Shown: piece after piece, positions 11,049 through 25,000 of the stretch
Layout: each line of letters starts with the position of its first letter
Numbering within the stretch: position 1 is the first letter of the stretch
DNA from: Felis catus
Lineage: Eukaryota
DNA length: 64,000 bases
Assembly: GCF_018350175.1 (NCBI RefSeq)
Contig: NC_058368.1
Coordinates: 16,122,001 to 16,186,000, forward strand
Direction: 5' to 3'
The notes under the pieces: model-generated
What the model was told of the DNA's origin: nothing
The model's input: the letters and a program-made list of their open reading frames with translations, nothing else
Databases searched by the model: none
Position numbers and translations under genes: made by a program

Positions 11049-12030
11049 GCATCTCTCACATTGTTTCCTTCCTTAAACAGAGCCATGGTTTTGAAATTTG
11101 TTAAACTTTCAGCTATGCATTACAATAAGAACTGCATTGATTTTGATAGAAATAGACAAGCAGATTATTTATAAAAATCTTGGTAGGTTTCAGATATTGA
11201 AAGAATAATTTTCTCACTAAATAATAGTTTTGCTTTTCTGTTATTATTCGTTCAGGATACAAGGAAGCTGCTTTTAATAAATGTGTTCTAGTGTTTGTGA
11301 AATAGTCCTCAAAATAGTAATAAAATTGTTATGTTTTGTTATTCAAATGCTGAGATGTTTGTTTTTAACAATTCTCAAACTCTCATGAAGTCAAACATGC
11401 ACTCTGGCCCAAGTGGTTTGGATGGTGGGATCATGAACTGGATTTTTTTTTACTGATTTAGTTACGTGTTGCACCAGGTAGTAAAAATGAGGGAATCATC
11501 ATATAGGAAGTAGAGAATATGTTATGTTAAATTATTCTGCAGGCATCCTTAAACCTTTTTGAGAATATGTCAAATATTTAACACAAAGTTGTGCAGCCTG
11601 TGAGAGAGAGTTAAGAGCTAATTTATCATGTTTAGGTTGAAGTAGAGACTAACTGCCTGTTTAGCCTTGTGACCAAAGGTTAAGTCCCCTTGGGTGAAGG
11701 GTCTCAATGATTGGGGGATAACTTGTTTATTTCGGTGCTCAATTTTGTCCAATCAGATAAAAATATTTGCATGGTTTATTATAATATGATTATCTGGGGA
11801 CTGAAAAATGTGGTATGAATTATAAATGCTGGATTTCCAATTTTTAATAAAACGTTCACTGTTTCACAGTGTTTTCCAAACTTACAAAGAGCTTTTATAT
11901 TCATTAGAAAATAAGTTTATTCATCTATCCTTTAATAAACTTAATAAACTGAATGCCTATTATGTGGTAGGCATTGTTTTGTGCATGAGAAAAATCATGG
12001 ACATGTAAAAAAATTCTGTTTTTTGGTAAT

Positions 12031-12126
12031 TTTTTTAAGGCAGCCCTATGCCCAACATGAGGCCTGAACTCACCGCCCCAAGACCAAGTGTTGCACACTC
12101 CACTGACTGAGTCAGCCAGGCGCCCC
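12031..12126 (-). mobile_element. Short tRNA-derived CanSINE lacking the CT tract
   Basis: Antisense head 'gactgagtcagccaggcgcccc'; TSD tttttggtaattt on both sides. Confidence 0.85.
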
Positions 12127-12222
12127 GGTTTTTGGTAATTTCAAATTTGATTTATTTTATAGTTTGATATGCAAACTTAGAGAAAAGTTGCCAGAACAAT
12201 AGAGGGAACTATGGATATTTTT

Positions 12223-12450
12223 ATTTATTTATTAAAAATTTTTTTTATGTTTATTTTTGAGAGAGAGAGAGAGAGAAATATAGTGTGAGTAGGGGAGGGG
12301 CAGAGAGAGAGGGAGACACAGAATCTGAAGCAGGCTCCAGGCTCTGAGCTGTCAGCACAGAGCCCGAAGCAGGGCTTGAACTCACAAACCTCAAGATCAT
12401 GACCTGAGCTGAAGTCAGGCACTTAATCGACTGAGCCACCCAGGCACCCC
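12223..12450 (-). mobile_element. CanSINE (SINEC_Fc-type)
   Basis: Full length; TSD aactatggRtattttt. Confidence 0.96.
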
Positions 12451-13692
12451 AAACTATGGGTATTTTTAAATTCATGTTCACCATTGTTCACATTTGCCTC
12501 ATTTGGCTTTGCTATAATTTATTTTTATATTTACATGTATATATATGTATATAAATTTTATAAGATAAATTGTTATGTATTTATTAAATTTATAATTAAA
12601 TTTATATACATGACACTTTACAATATAAATATTATTTATATTATATTTATATTTACATATATATATTTATAAACACATGTATGAATATTTACATATGTTT
12701 GTATTTTGTTTTCTGAACCACTTAAGTATAAGTTGGAGATATTATAGTGATATTGTGCCCTTTTGCAATAATTTTTCAGTGTGTACTTGCTAAACAGATT
12801 TTCTTACATTATCTTGTATAATTATGAAATCAGCTAACTTAATAGTGATGTAATACTATTACTCAATTCAGAGTTTATATTCAAATTCCATCAATTGTTG
12901 CAATAATTTCTTTTATAGTATTTTTCCCCTGATATAGGATCCAGCCAACAGTTGATTAGTAATGGATCAATCCAAATAGGTGCTGCATTTAGTCTTTAGT
13001 CAGTTTTTATCTAGAACAATTTATCAGCCTTCTTTGACTATCTTGACTAATGTTTTTGAAGAGTATGGATCAGTTTTTTGTAGAATGACTCTCAGTTTGG
13101 GTTTATCTGATAGTTTCTCATGATTACATTCAATCTATCTTTTTTTGGCAGAAATACCACTGTAATGATGTCCTTGTCAGTGCATTGTATCAGGAATTAC
13201 GTGACGTGAATTTGTTCCAATACTACTGATCATTAAGATGTTGTCCACCAGGTGTCTCTATAATTTTCTTTTTGGTTTAATATGTATTTGTGGGGAGATT
13301 GAACCATGCTGTTTTTAAAAACTCCATCTACTAGTTTTATTAGTATCTATTGATGATTTTCTTTCTTCTAAATTTATTACAGTACCATCCTACTCTAAGG
13401 GAGAGCTTTTCCTTTTCCCTCAGTTGTTTATTCATTGTCCCGAAGTTTATTTATGCTTAGTAGGAGCCGCTCCAAGCTGGTAGCTGTGTTCTTTTGCATT
13501 GTTTGCATAATATTTGAGTACTTTTTTGTACCACAAGATATTCTAGGCTCAGTGTGGGCTTTTCTTGCCCCAGCCCTTGAATCAGCATTTTCTCCAAGAA
13601 GCTCTTCTGTGTTTTAGCGTAGAATGCTAGTTATGTTCATCACTACTGTTCTATTATTGCTTCTTGCCTCTCTCAACAGACAGAAGTAGGGA

Positions 13693-13693
<1 letters not shown>

Positions 13694-13740
<47 letters not shown>
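13694..13740. repeat. (TG)n microsatellite
   Basis: Direct reading. Confidence 0.99.
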
Positions 13741-13744
<4 letters not shown>

Positions 13745-13901
13745 GCAGCTATACCTATATTAATGTCCATGCCCATGTCTATATCTACTTATTGAAAACT
13801 ATGTGTTCATAGTGATACCTCTAACTTCAATCCAGTATCACAGGGTACATTTTAAATTTCACCATTTTCTTAGTTGTTACTCCCTTTGTAGTGGTTAACT
13901 T

Positions 13902-14110
13902 CTTTTCTTAATGTTTATTATTTATTTTTGTGAAAGAGAGTGAGAGTTGGGGTGGGGCAGAGAGAGAGGGAGACACAGAATCCGAGGCAGGTTCTAGGCT
14001 CTGAGCTGTCAGCAGCACAGAGCCCGATGCTGGGCTAGAACCCACAAACCACGAAACCATGACCTGAGCTGAAGTCGGATGCTCAACTGACTGAACCACC
14101 CAGGCGCTCC
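13902..14110 (-). mobile_element. CanSINE
   Basis: Full length; TSD tgtRgtggttaactt. Confidence 0.96.
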
Positions 14111-14476
14111 TGTGGTGGTTAACTTTATGTGTCAATTTGACTAGGGTATGGTACCCAGATGTTTGGTCAAACACCAGTCTAGATGATGCTGTGAAGTTGT
14201 TTTTCAGATGTGATTAACATTTAAAAATTAATAGACTTTGAGTAAAGCAGATACCCTCTGTAATGTATGTAGGCTCCATATGATCAATTGAAGGCCTTAA
14301 GAAAAAGATTGAGGTTCCCCAAGGAAGAGGGAATTCTGTCTCCAGAATGCCTTCAGACTCTAAACTGCAACATCAATTCTTCCCCTGGGTCTCTAGCCTG
14401 TCAGCCAGCCCTGCAGATTTCAGACTTGCTAGTCCCAGAATTATGAGTCAATTCCTTCAAATCTCTTTCTCTCTCG

Positions 14477-14514
<38 letters not shown>

Positions 14515-14572
14515 GCACACATGCCACATACACACTACTGATTCTGTTTCTCCCCTTCTAGCCTAGAATACC
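14111..14572 (+). mobile_element. MLT2-family (ERVL) solo LTR
   Basis: Starts tgtggtggttaactttatgtgtcaatttgact; contains 'cccagatgtttggtcaaacacc', 'gccctgcagatttcagacttgctagtccc' and an internal (CA)n near the end. Confidence 0.9.
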
Positions 14573-15448
14573 TAGAAAATAGTTCCTGAATTGCTAAACC
14601 ACACTACTGTGAAAGAGTAATCTCCTAACTAGAGTTCAATATTTGTTTACATATATTTTTGAAGGTAACAGTAAAAGGTATAAATACATAAAAGTTACAA
14701 GTTTTACATAAAAGGGAGCTTTTCTTACTCTCTTACATAAAAGATATCAAGGTTATACCTTTTTTCTTGCATAAGATGTAAAACTCTTGAGTGCACCCAA
14801 GTATAAATTTAGGCAAATGTACACGCCAAAGTGAAACATATACACCTGCCAAAGTACAGAACATTTCTGTCACTCAGAAATTTCCTTCAAGCTCGTTTTC
14901 AGTCAATACCTTTTTCCTCTCATGCAACTTTTTCCCTCTGATTTTATTCACCAAAGATTAATTTTACCTACTCTAGAATTTCAAATATATGTATTCTTTT
15001 ACATTCAACTTCATTAGCACAGTACAATATCTGTAAGTTTTACTCATGTTTTGTAATCAATAATTAGTTCTGTTTTATTGCTGAAGTGTATTCCATCTTG
15101 TGAACATAGTATGATTTGTTTATCTATTCTCCTATTAATGGACATTTGAGTTTTTTTTTCACTTTAGGGCTATAATGATGAAACTATAAATATTTGTGTA
15201 CAAGTCTTCATGTGGACATATGTTTTCATTTGTCTTGAGTAAATATCTAGGAGTGGATGTGGTAAGATATTTAACTTTAGGGGTAAATATTTAACTTTGC
15301 AGGACAATGAGAGACACTTCTACAGAGCGGTGTAGCATTTACATTCTTATCAGCAATGCGGGAGAGTTCTGATTAATCTGCTATGCATCACTTGCTCTTT
15401 TCAGTTTATTTAGTTTTAGCCATTATAATGAATATAAAATTGTATCTT

Positions 15449-15658
15449 TTTTTAAAAAAGTTTATTTATTTATTTTGAGAGAGAGAGCACACAAGCAGGG
15501 GATGGGCAGAGACGTAGGGAGAGAGAGAGAATCTTAAGCAGACTCCATACTGCCAGTGCAGAACCCGACGTGGAGCTTGAACCCACAAACTGTGAGAACA
15601 TAACCTGAGCCAAAGCCAAAAGCCGGATGCTTAACCAACTGAGCCATACAGGCGTCCC
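15449..15658 (-). mobile_element. CanSINE
   Basis: Antisense copy; TSD taaaattgtatctt. Confidence 0.93.
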
Positions 15659-16165
15659 TAAAATTGTATCTTATTGTGGCTTTAATTTGAATATCCCATT
15701 GATTAACGATGTTGAGCACTTTCTAATGTGATTTTTGGCTTTTATATCTTCCTTTGTCAAGTGTTGGTTCATATTTGTTCATTGAAAAGTTCAGTTGTTT
15801 GTCTTTTTTATTATTGGGTGGTAGGATTTTTTAATATATTCTGGACACAGGTTCTTTGTAAGATATCTTGTGGATATTTTCTCTTGTGTGGTTGGCTGTT
15901 CCTTTCTTACAATGTCTTTTACTGAGCAGGTATCTTAACATTGGGGAAGACCAACATGTCAATATCTTCCTTTGCTATTGTTTTCTGTGTCCAGTTCTAA
16001 ATCTTTCCCTACTCTCAAGTAGTAAAGTTATTCTCCCCTATTTCCTTCTAAGAACTTTATGAACAGTACGGTTTTCACTTCAATCTATGATTTATCTCAA
16101 ATTGATTGCTTTATGTGGTATCAGTAAGGGTTTTCTGTCTAATTGATCAAAAAGATTTTCCTTTT

Positions 16166-16357
16166 GGGGTGCCTGGGTGGCTCAGTCGGTTGGGTGACCA
16201 ACTTCAGCTCAGGTCACGATTTCACAGTCCGTGAGTTAGAGCCCCACGCCAGGCTTTGCGCTGACAAGGAGCCTGCTTCAGATTCTGTCTCCTCTCTCTG
16301 CCCCTCCCCCACTCACACTCTGTCTCTCAAAAGTAAAATAAAGACATTAAAAAAAAA
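16166..16357 (+). mobile_element. CanSINE
   Basis: ggggtgcctgggtggctcagtcgg head; TSD agattttcctttt. Confidence 0.95.
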
Positions 16358-17319
16358 GAGAGATTTTCCTTTTCCATTTCTCCATTTAATTGCTTTAGCC
16401 TTTTTGTCAAAAATCCATTGACTATATAAGTATGGGTCTTTTTCTGGACTTTATTCTCAATTTGTCTATCCTTGTATCAATACCAAAGTAATTTGATTAT
16501 TGTAGGTTTGTAATAAGTCTTGAAGTCAGGGAATGCAAGTCTTCCAAATTTGTTCTTTTACAACATTGTTTTGCCTGTGCATTTTTATATAAATTTTGGG
16601 AGAAGCTTCTCTTTTTTTAAAAAATCTTGCTTGGGTATTGAATATATAAATCAATTGGAGAAGAATCGACATCCTAACAATATTATGCACTTCTATCAAT
16701 GAACAAAGTATACCTCTCCTTTTTTTTTAGGTCTTTAGTTTCTTTCAGAAATGCTTTGTAGGTTTTTTTTTAGAGGTCTTATGTGTATTTTGTTAAATTT
16801 ATTTCCAAATGTATTATATTTTTGATCACGTGGTAATTAAATTTTTAAAATAATTTCATTTTTCAAATGTATGTTGTTGGTATATGGTGATAGACTTATA
16901 TTTTGTATGTAACCTTGTATCTTGCAATCTTTTTAATGCACATATTAGTTTTAGTGGTTGCTTTTTAAACTTGTATTTGTATTGTCATGTCATCTTCAAA
17001 TTGAGGCAGTTTTCTTCCCAATCTTTATGCCTTTAAACTTGTTGGCATAATGTCATTCATAATACTCACTTAATACATTTGTAATATCTATAGAGCTGTA
17101 GGGATAACCTCTTTTTCTTTCCTGATACTGGTAATGTGTATTTCTCTTTTTTCATTATTAGCCCTTCAAAGCACTTATATCTTTTTGGAATCAACATTTG
17201 TCTTTGTGAATTTTTCCCATAGTTTGTCTGTTTTCTGTTTAATTGATTCCTTTCTCCTTTGCGTTATTTGGATTTAATTTGCTTGTTGTTTTCTATCTTC
17301 TGGATAGAATACATATAAT

Positions 17320-18150
17320 ACCCAAATAAATAAGTAAAATATATTGTATAGTAGATGGTGATAATGTCTAAAGAGAAGAATAAAGCAGGAAAAAGGGGAT
17401 AGAGACTAAGTGTATGGTGATTTTAGGTCGTGGGCCAATAGAAGGTCTAGATTTGAAGGAGGTGAGGGAACAAATGGAGAGGATATCTTGGAGAATGTTT
17501 AAAGCAAAGAGAATAGTGGTGAAATCACCCCAGACTGAAGTGGGCCTAGAATGTTCATGGAACAATAAGGAGCACCCTGCAGCTGTGATAGAGTGAGCAA
17601 GAGGGAAACCAGTAGGGGATAAGGTCAGAGAGTTAATGGATGCCAGATTCATGTAGGTGAAATACCCTTCTCAGTTTGCTTGGAAGATTCCCGGTTCATG
17701 TCTGTTGTCCTAGTGCAGTTATCAATAATACCTTTTAAAAACTTTACTTTTAGGCCATTATAGGGTGTGGCTTTTATGCTGACCACCATGAGAAGACATG
17801 AAAGAGTGGTTTCTCATCAGAGGAATGACATTATTTGATTTATATGCTAACAAGATCAATCTGGCTGCTGTGTTATAAAGAGAATAGAGGCATACTTCTG
17901 TTTTTTGTTTTTGTTTTTCTCAGAGGAAAAGGAAACAAGGCCATCAAATGAATGTGAGGATAGGGAGCAAAATTTGGGGGGTTTGAGGAAAAAGGAGAGG
18001 AGTGGCTAGAAATTGAGATTTGGTAGGTCAGTAAACATTGGTAGTGACAAATTCTAAACTATGATCATAGTGAGTGAGTGGGTGAAGCTGTATGAAGGAT
18101 GAGGTGATTGGAGGAGAAAGGGGATCAAAGTACTGAGAGCCAGAGCTTTG
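17320..18150 (-). mobile_element. L2 fragment
   Basis: Purine-rich antisense L2 motifs ('tttgaaggaggtgaggga', 'aacaagatcaatctggctgctgtgt'). Confidence 0.75.
17655..17735. mobile_element. Partial MER94-like hAT (Blackjack) DNA transposon fragment within the L2
   Basis: 'cagtttgcttggaagattcccggttcatgtctgttgtcctagtg' resembles the MER94 consensus as recalled. Confidence 0.5.
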
Positions 18151-18649
18151 GAACTAAGTACATCTATATTCAGACAAATGTAATTAGAATCATGTTAGAA
18201 GATTAATATGGTAAAAGTAATGGTAATTTATATAAATATCTTCCAATGTAGATTATAAGTTCAAATGTGATTTTCTGATATACTCTTCTAATGATATTTG
18301 CAAATAAATAGAAGAGAATTAAAGAGTCTTGAGTTACAAATGAAGGGTCAAAGGATGCAGTATCATACAGGATCAGTATTTGTGTCAGCACAAATAGAAT
18401 TACTCAGTAAAATGTCTCCTCTGTAATTAAAATTAAGCTGTACTGGTTCATTATTATTCTCATCTTTTGTTAAAACTCTGGCAGAAGAATCGAAAGAGGT
18501 ATTGGGTTTAGTTTTCCAGGGTAATTGCACATTATGATTTAGTTTCCAGGCAATTTGTTCTGAAAATTTGGAAAAAATAAGCATAGCATTAATAAATGTG
18601 GTGGGATCTGGGAAAACATGACCATGGTGAAGAGAAACCTCATCCTTTA

Positions 18650-18800
18650 TAATTCACTGAATCACCGTGTGCAGGAACACTGTGTGTTCTTCATGGCCTT
18701 ATGTTGTTACTGTCATAAACAACCTTATGAGATGGGTGCCTTTATCTTCGTTTCTGGTAATAAATTAAGAGATACTTTAAAGTGACTTGCCCAAGGTCCT
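18650..18800 (-). mobile_element. MIR
   Basis: 'aacaaccttatgagatggg...taaagtgacttgcccaaggtc' MIR core. Confidence 0.75.
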
Positions 18801-19244
18801 CCACCACTTCTGTCTGTTTCTTAATTTATTACCTTATTTAATCAGCAAGTATTCATTATTCAGTATATGGCCATGCTAAACACTAGAGTGGGCAAAAAAA
18901 GACACAGCCCCTGCCCTCATGTAGGTTATAGTCTGTCAGGAAAAAAAAATATTTATGAAACATTCAAATATTACAAAATGATACATCCATCTATTATATT
19001 CATGATATCAGAGAAGAAGGTTTTGACAAATTAATTGATTTACTTAGCCCTTATCTATGAATTTGCTAATATCCCCTCTGCATTCCAAAGCACTGCTGTT
19101 AGCAGTGGTGTAAACTGTCTATAAATCTTCATGGCATTTGGAGACTGTGATCTTTTGTTTTGAGGACATAGTGGAAGAGATGTGGAAAAATGTTCCACAT
19201 TTGAGTATCAGTCATGAGTATCAATCACGAAATAGATTTTTTAA

Positions 19245-19487
19245 AGTGATTATATATATATATTTATAATATATATATTTTAACATTTATTTATTTATTT
19301 TTGAGAGAGAGACAGACAGAGCATGATTGGGGGAGGAGCAGAGAAAGAGGGAGACACAGAATCCGAAGCAAGCTCCAGGCTCTGAGCTGTCAGCACAGGG
19401 GCCGATGTGGGGCTTGAACCCACAAACTGTGAGATCATGACCTGAGCTGAAGTTGGACACTTAATCAACTGAGACACCCAGGCACCA
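19245..19487 (-). mobile_element. CanSINE
   Basis: Full length; TSD cacgaaatagattttt. Confidence 0.95.
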
Positions 19488-19582
19488 CACGAAATAGATT
19501 TTTAAGGAAATGAGTTCCACTGTGTCAAGGTTATGTTCTTATTCTAGTGACCAAAGCTCCCATGTGTTTCTTAATATGTTTT

Positions 19583-19813
19583 TTTTTTAATTTAAGTTTA
19601 TTTATTTTGAATGAGAGAGAGAGAGAGAGAGAAAGCAGACAAGTGAGCATGAATGGGGGAGGGGCAGAGAGGAGAGAGAGAATTCCAAGCAGGCTTAGTG
19701 AACTGTCAGCACAAAGCCCAATGTGGAACTCGAATTCATGAACCATGAGATCATGACCTGAGCCAAAATCAAGAGCTGGTTGCTTAACCGACTGAGCCAC
19801 CACTCTGGCACCC
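19583..19813 (-). mobile_element. CanSINE
   Basis: Antisense copy; TSD taatatgtttt. Confidence 0.93.
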
Positions 19814-19849
19814 AACTAATATGTTTTATATGTGCACACACATATTGTG

Positions 19850-19851
<2 letters not shown>

Positions 19852-19897
<46 letters not shown>

Positions 19898-19902
19898 TGT
19901 GT
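19852..19902. repeat. (TG)n microsatellite
   Basis: Direct reading. Confidence 0.98.
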
Positions 19903-19909
19903 TTGTGAT

Positions 19910-20600
19910 ATGGGAAAATGTCTAAAGTGAGGGGTCCAGCAGAGGTCCCACTTCTGGGTCTAAGGGTAAACTGAGAAAATATGATGGAAGAGGTATGTAG
20001 GATCGGACCTTTTGTAACCACACCCAAAGTTTTGGTTTTCATCATAAAAGCAGTGGAAAGCTATTGACATTTGTTAGCATCACTCTTATTGCACTGTGGA
20101 AAAGAAACTACAGCAGGAATAAAAGTGATTTATAAGGAAACTAGTTCTTAAACTATTCTAAGAGAAAATGGTGACTTGGGTCAGGGGATTGGTGATACAG
20201 ATACAGAAAAGTCTATTGACCTAATATTTAGGAAGTAAAATAGACTCACTAATAGACTGAGAAGATAAGGGAATAGAAGGAACCCATGACCACTGTGCAA
20301 CTGGGTAGACAGTGGTGCCATTTCTGAGATGGGAAATGCTACAATAGATTAAACTTTGGGGGAGGAAATTATGATTTTAACCTTTAAAATGGTGATTTTG
20401 AGGTGATTTTGAGAAAATTGAATGGAGATGCCAAATAGTCAACTGGTTATAAGAGTCTGAATTTCAAAGGACAGATGGTGGTGGGAAATGTAAATGTAAA
20501 TCATTCATGTGCAGGTGGTGATTGAAGTAATGGAAATGGGTGAGTTCGCCTAAAGAGAAGGTACAGAGTTCAAAGAGAATTTAGCACTGAGTCTTAGCAC
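19910..20600 (-). mobile_element. L2 fragment
   Basis: 'gcaactgggtagacagtggtgccatttctgagatgggaa', 'aatggagatgccaaatagtcaactgg'. Confidence 0.75.
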
Positions 20601-20739
20601 TGATATTTCAAAGCCCAGCACTTTTCACTAACCCCGACACTGCAAATTCTAGTCTAAATTGCCATAGTCTCTCACCTGGCTTACAGCCTTAACCTCTTTA
20701 TTGCTCTGGAAGTGGCAGTGGAGAACCAGTGGGATTTTA

Positions 20740-21056
20740 GTTGTCTTAGACTGAGTGGCTTAAAGAACAAATATTTTTTTTCTCAAAATTTAGAAGGCTG
20801 AGAAGTTCAAGATCAAGGTATGGGCTGATTAAGTTCTTGCTGAGGACCTTAATCAGATGGCCAACTCTTGCTCTGTCCTCACATGGCAGAGACAGAGGAT
20901 GAAAGCATTCTTGTGTCTCTGTTTATGAGGGCACTGACCCCATTCATGATGGCTCTATCCTCATGACCTAACTGTTTCCGAAATCTACCTTCAAATATTA
21001 TCAAATTTGGCTTTGATAGATGAACTTTGGAGGCATAAATATTCAGTCCATAATAC
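20740..21056 (-). mobile_element. MLT1A-like (ERVL-MaLR) LTR
   Basis: 'agactgagtggcttaaa', 'aagttcaagatcaagg', 'tgtcctcacatggcaga', 'cctcatgacctaa', ends 'attcagtccataata'. Confidence 0.85.
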
Positions 21057-21501
21057 CAGCATTCCCTCTGCACCCTGAGGTACTTGGTTTGAGCCATCAC
21101 TTGAAAGGCTCAAGAGAAGTGGGTATCTTCAGACAAGTTAATGCTAGCGTGGAGAAGGGAAAGCTAGGAAGAGACTGAGTACTCAAAGGAGTTTTCTGAT
21201 TATACAAAGGAAATTCCTGAATTCCCAGTGACAGGATTTGTAAGGTGGAGCAGATACGATTTGAATTTTTCTTATTAATCAATGAAAACAAGAATGAGAA
21301 AATATGGCAATTTAGTATCATCAGTCTCTCTGAAGAAAGATACTGGGCTTAGCGCCCAGGTAACATTTTTCCAATGGTGAATTTGAATGTACTTCTTGTA
21401 CATTCTACACATTGGTGTTCCAAAGTCACCAAGCATTTATTGAGTAGGTCTTTATGTTAGTAGCTATCAAACATCAGTGTACATAAGAAACATCTGGAGG
21501 A

Positions 21502-21534
<33 letters not shown>

Positions 21535-21786
21535 GGCTACACTTATTAAAAGTGTAGGTTTCCATGATCCACCCAAAAGTTTCTGTTTTGGAGTATGGGG
21601 AGGTCTATGAATCTGCACTTGGGCAGTTGACACAAGGGCAGGTGCCTGTTGAGGCAGGCACTATGCTATGTCTGGTGGTGCACATAGAAATAAGAAATGT
21701 CCTCAGTCTCAAAGCACTTAAATCATTTCAATACAATGTGGTAACAAAATCTTTCCAGCATTTCATATGGCCCCAAGCAGAATATT

Positions 21787-22003
21787 TTTAAATGTTTTTT
21801 TTTTTAATATTTATTTATTTTTGAAAGAGAGACAGAGTGCAAGTGGGGGAGGGACAGAAAAAGAGGGAGACACAGAATCTGAAGCAGGCTCCAGGTTCTG
21901 AGCTATCAGCACAGAGCCCGATACGGGGCTTGAACCCACAAACCTTGAGATCATGACCTGAGCTGAAGTTGAACACTAAACCGACTGAGTCACCCAGTTG
22001 CCT
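21787..22003 (-). mobile_element. CanSINE
   Basis: Full length; TSD cagaatatt. Confidence 0.95.
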
Positions 22004-25000
22004 CAGAATATTGATTGTAAATTAAATATAATTAAAATACAGTGTATTTAATACAAATGCTTTTTTGCACCTGTGTAAACGTTGCTGCTAGACCATTATT
22101 TTAAATGATTCTATCATTATTTTCAGTTGTTACTATATTATGCAGATGTGGGATTAAATCAACATCTGATTTTTGGAGTTTTTGGATGTTAGCATTAAAT
22201 GAATTTGACATTCCACATCTGGTGACTTCCATTATTGTGCCTGTTAAAAGAGAGTAATTTGTGATCTGTATTTTCTTTCTGGTGGGTTTCTGATTATTAT
22301 CTTCAATATTCAATATTCTTAAAAATTATTATTTTAAATATTCAAACATTTTGAGAAGTCTCATTCAGACCTAGTAAGTCATAAGGTTGATGAAGACACA
22401 AAGTAGGTTAAAATTGTATATTTGATTTTCTTCTCCAGTAAGTTAATTAGTTACTTTACCACCTGAAATCTAGGTCAGGCTCATTCTGAAGGAATTGTCT
22501 CCACATGTTGATGGAAGAAATTTTTTTTTCTCTCATGATTCACCCAGATTGGAAAATGATAGGATGAGAAATTTCAGACTAAATGTGGGTTTAAATGTTA
22601 TCATTTAAAATTCCCTGGAAAAAAAACAACTCTGTTTATTAAATACAAATGATTATGTCATCATTAAGGAAACAATTTCCTTATGGGAAGAAAAAAATCT
22701 ATTTCTAGTTCTGAAGAACTCTTCATTTTGAAGTGCCTCTAGAGAGGACCCAGCGACCTGATGAAAGTTGGACAAAGTGAAGTTTGGTAGTGAGTGAGTG
22801 TGGGTGATAGAGAAAAATGTCCAAACATCTGGATAAATGTATCCAGGAAATGAGAGAACCAGTAAAACAAAATGATAGCAATTCTCCCAGTTTAAAAGAG
22901 GGAAGTCAAAAGAGACAGCAAATGTTTAAAAACGGATTCACTTCATTTTGATGAAAATTATTGTATTGCTTTCAGATGTAGTTGGCTTTATTCTCATTGG
23001 CAGACTGTTCCAAGGACTAGAGGAGAACATGGGAGCTATTGTAGGAAGAGCTGGGGCCCGCCTCTGGTGGCATGGGAGTCTGCAGCCTAGTGAGCTGTGG
23101 ATGACCACTCTGACATTCTAGAACACACCTTATGTAGATAATCTGGAGGTGGTTACAGCATGAACCAATAACTCATAGTCACAACTGAAATTCAATGCAA
23201 TATGTTTCTAAGTAAAGCATATTTAATAAATAAGCATTATTGAGTTGTCAATCTTTTACTATTTAATTGACAAGTTCACACTACTTAATGTGGAATGTCA
23301 TGGGTCTTAGACATAATGAACACCAGTCCTCTCTCCTCTATTCCCAGTATCTGGTTCTAAGAGCCATTAGCCAATGAGCATAGGTCCATTACTGCCCCTG
23401 CTTTTAAGCTCCCCAGTTGAGCATGTTACTAGCTTTCAAGGAGTCAGTGAAAATGACATAACAAGTCTGTGGGCATTAATTACTATCCCACAATATTATT
23501 GTTAACCTGGTTGTCTCCTTATTTTTACTTTAAGGGAAGTTTTGCATCCTTTAGATAATTGTATGGCAGAAACTTCTGATTAATTTTTTAGGTCTGGGAT
23601 AGCTAAAATAAATGCTAGATTATTGCAATTAATTTTAGGCTGCATTTTCATCAAAATAAGATGATCTCTTTGAGAATTGGGAAGCTACATAATTTTTCAA
23701 CTCTATTTTAATCATTTTCATAGTGCAATGTACTGTTTCAAAATAGTGCAGATTACAAAATGTCAAACATATGTGCAAAGGTAAGTACAAAAAGATATTC
23801 CAAATAACATGGGGTATCTGACATATTGAATTTTTTTTTCCCATGGTTTTTCTCCAGTAGAGTTTGAAATCTAGTCTTGTGTATAAATATACATAAGCAA
23901 ACTTTATATATTCATATTATTTAGTATATGTTACAGTGGAAAACATATTGACAGTTAATACATATTATGCAGTTAAATAGTTGCACAAGTTAACTTTTCT
24001 GGCAGAAGAAATTTTTTTAAATCTGTCAGTTATTTAGATATTTCTTCAAATTGTTTGATATTGCTTGTACTGGGTTCTTCAATGTGGCAAAGATTTTGGA
24101 ATTACAAGTTTCGAATGGATTTTGAGAGGTTTTTGAATAGAGTAAAATTAAGTTACATAAAAAAATAATGCTTTTATGAGATTATTCTAATGGAAACTAA
24201 GACTGAGAGATATTAATATCTGTCAATTACACACTGACAGTCTGAGACTTTTATCCGTTTATTTCTGAATCAAAATGCTGTATTCTTTTCTATTTCCATG
24301 GAGCTCTCAAGAATTTTATGAGCAGTCAAGTGTTCAGTTACTCATGATATGTTGCTTATGTGACTTCAGACAAATAAAAAAACATCTTGTTTTATAGGGA
24401 ATGGCATTGTTGATTATTAAGTCTCCATTCCAGTCACTCTCTGTGTATTGATCTCCTTCTAATAGTAGCTTGCCATGGAGGGGAAAAAGAACATGGGTTT
24501 TGAGGAAGACAGATTTTGGTTTGGAACCTTTCAAACATTATTTACTCTGGTAAATGCAAATAAAATGAACCTTCCAAAGCTTTTGTGAAAATTATAGACA
24601 GAGTTTGTGTAATTGTTGCATCCAGCACCTTATTTTGCCTCCTTCTACCACTGGTTTCCATCCTAGGGTCCTTTCCAGAAACTCATTCCCCCTTATGAAG
24701 CCTGAATTTCTCCACCTGAGGCAAAGAGAAATCTATTGATCCTCAAGGGAGTGTTATAGGGTGTAAATTTTTGTGCTTTCAAGAATATTCACATTTAAAA
24801 AAAGAACAATGGGTAATGGTGGAATACCAGGAACCAGGAAGATGAAGAAAACTAATAGGCCAGTTTTTCCTTTTTAATGTTTTCCAAATAACACTAGGCC
24901 GGCAACCAAGTCATCCACTAGTGCACAAGTCACTTGTCCTTGGAGTGTAATGATTCTGATTGGGAAAGCAGAAAGTTAATAGCACTATAGCTTCAATTTA

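Larger units (their letters stand above)
12145..14660 (-). mobile_element. L1MC-like 3' end, interrupted by two SINEs and an MLT2 LTR
   Basis: 'aaacttagagaaaagttgc', 'ttttctgaaccac', 'ccctgatataggatcca', 'gccccagcccttgaatcagcattttctccaagaagc'. Confidence 0.75.
14760..17305 (-). mobile_element. Old L1 (L1MD/ME-like) 3' end and ORF2 remnant
   Basis: 'ttttattgctgaagtgtattccat', 'gagtaaatatctaggagtgga', 'gatgttgagcactttcta', 'cttccaaatttgttctttt'. Confidence 0.8.

Noticed and set aside
12031..12126. tRNA-like sequence
   Set aside because: Diverged, with an A-tail and TSD; a tRNA-derived SINE rather than a functional tRNA gene
18485..18498. 14-nt exon-like 'gcag|AAGAATCGAAAGAG|gtattg' that could splice in frame to 51300
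   Set aside because: Weak donor and a poor pyrimidine tract next to the AG; matches like this are expected by chance
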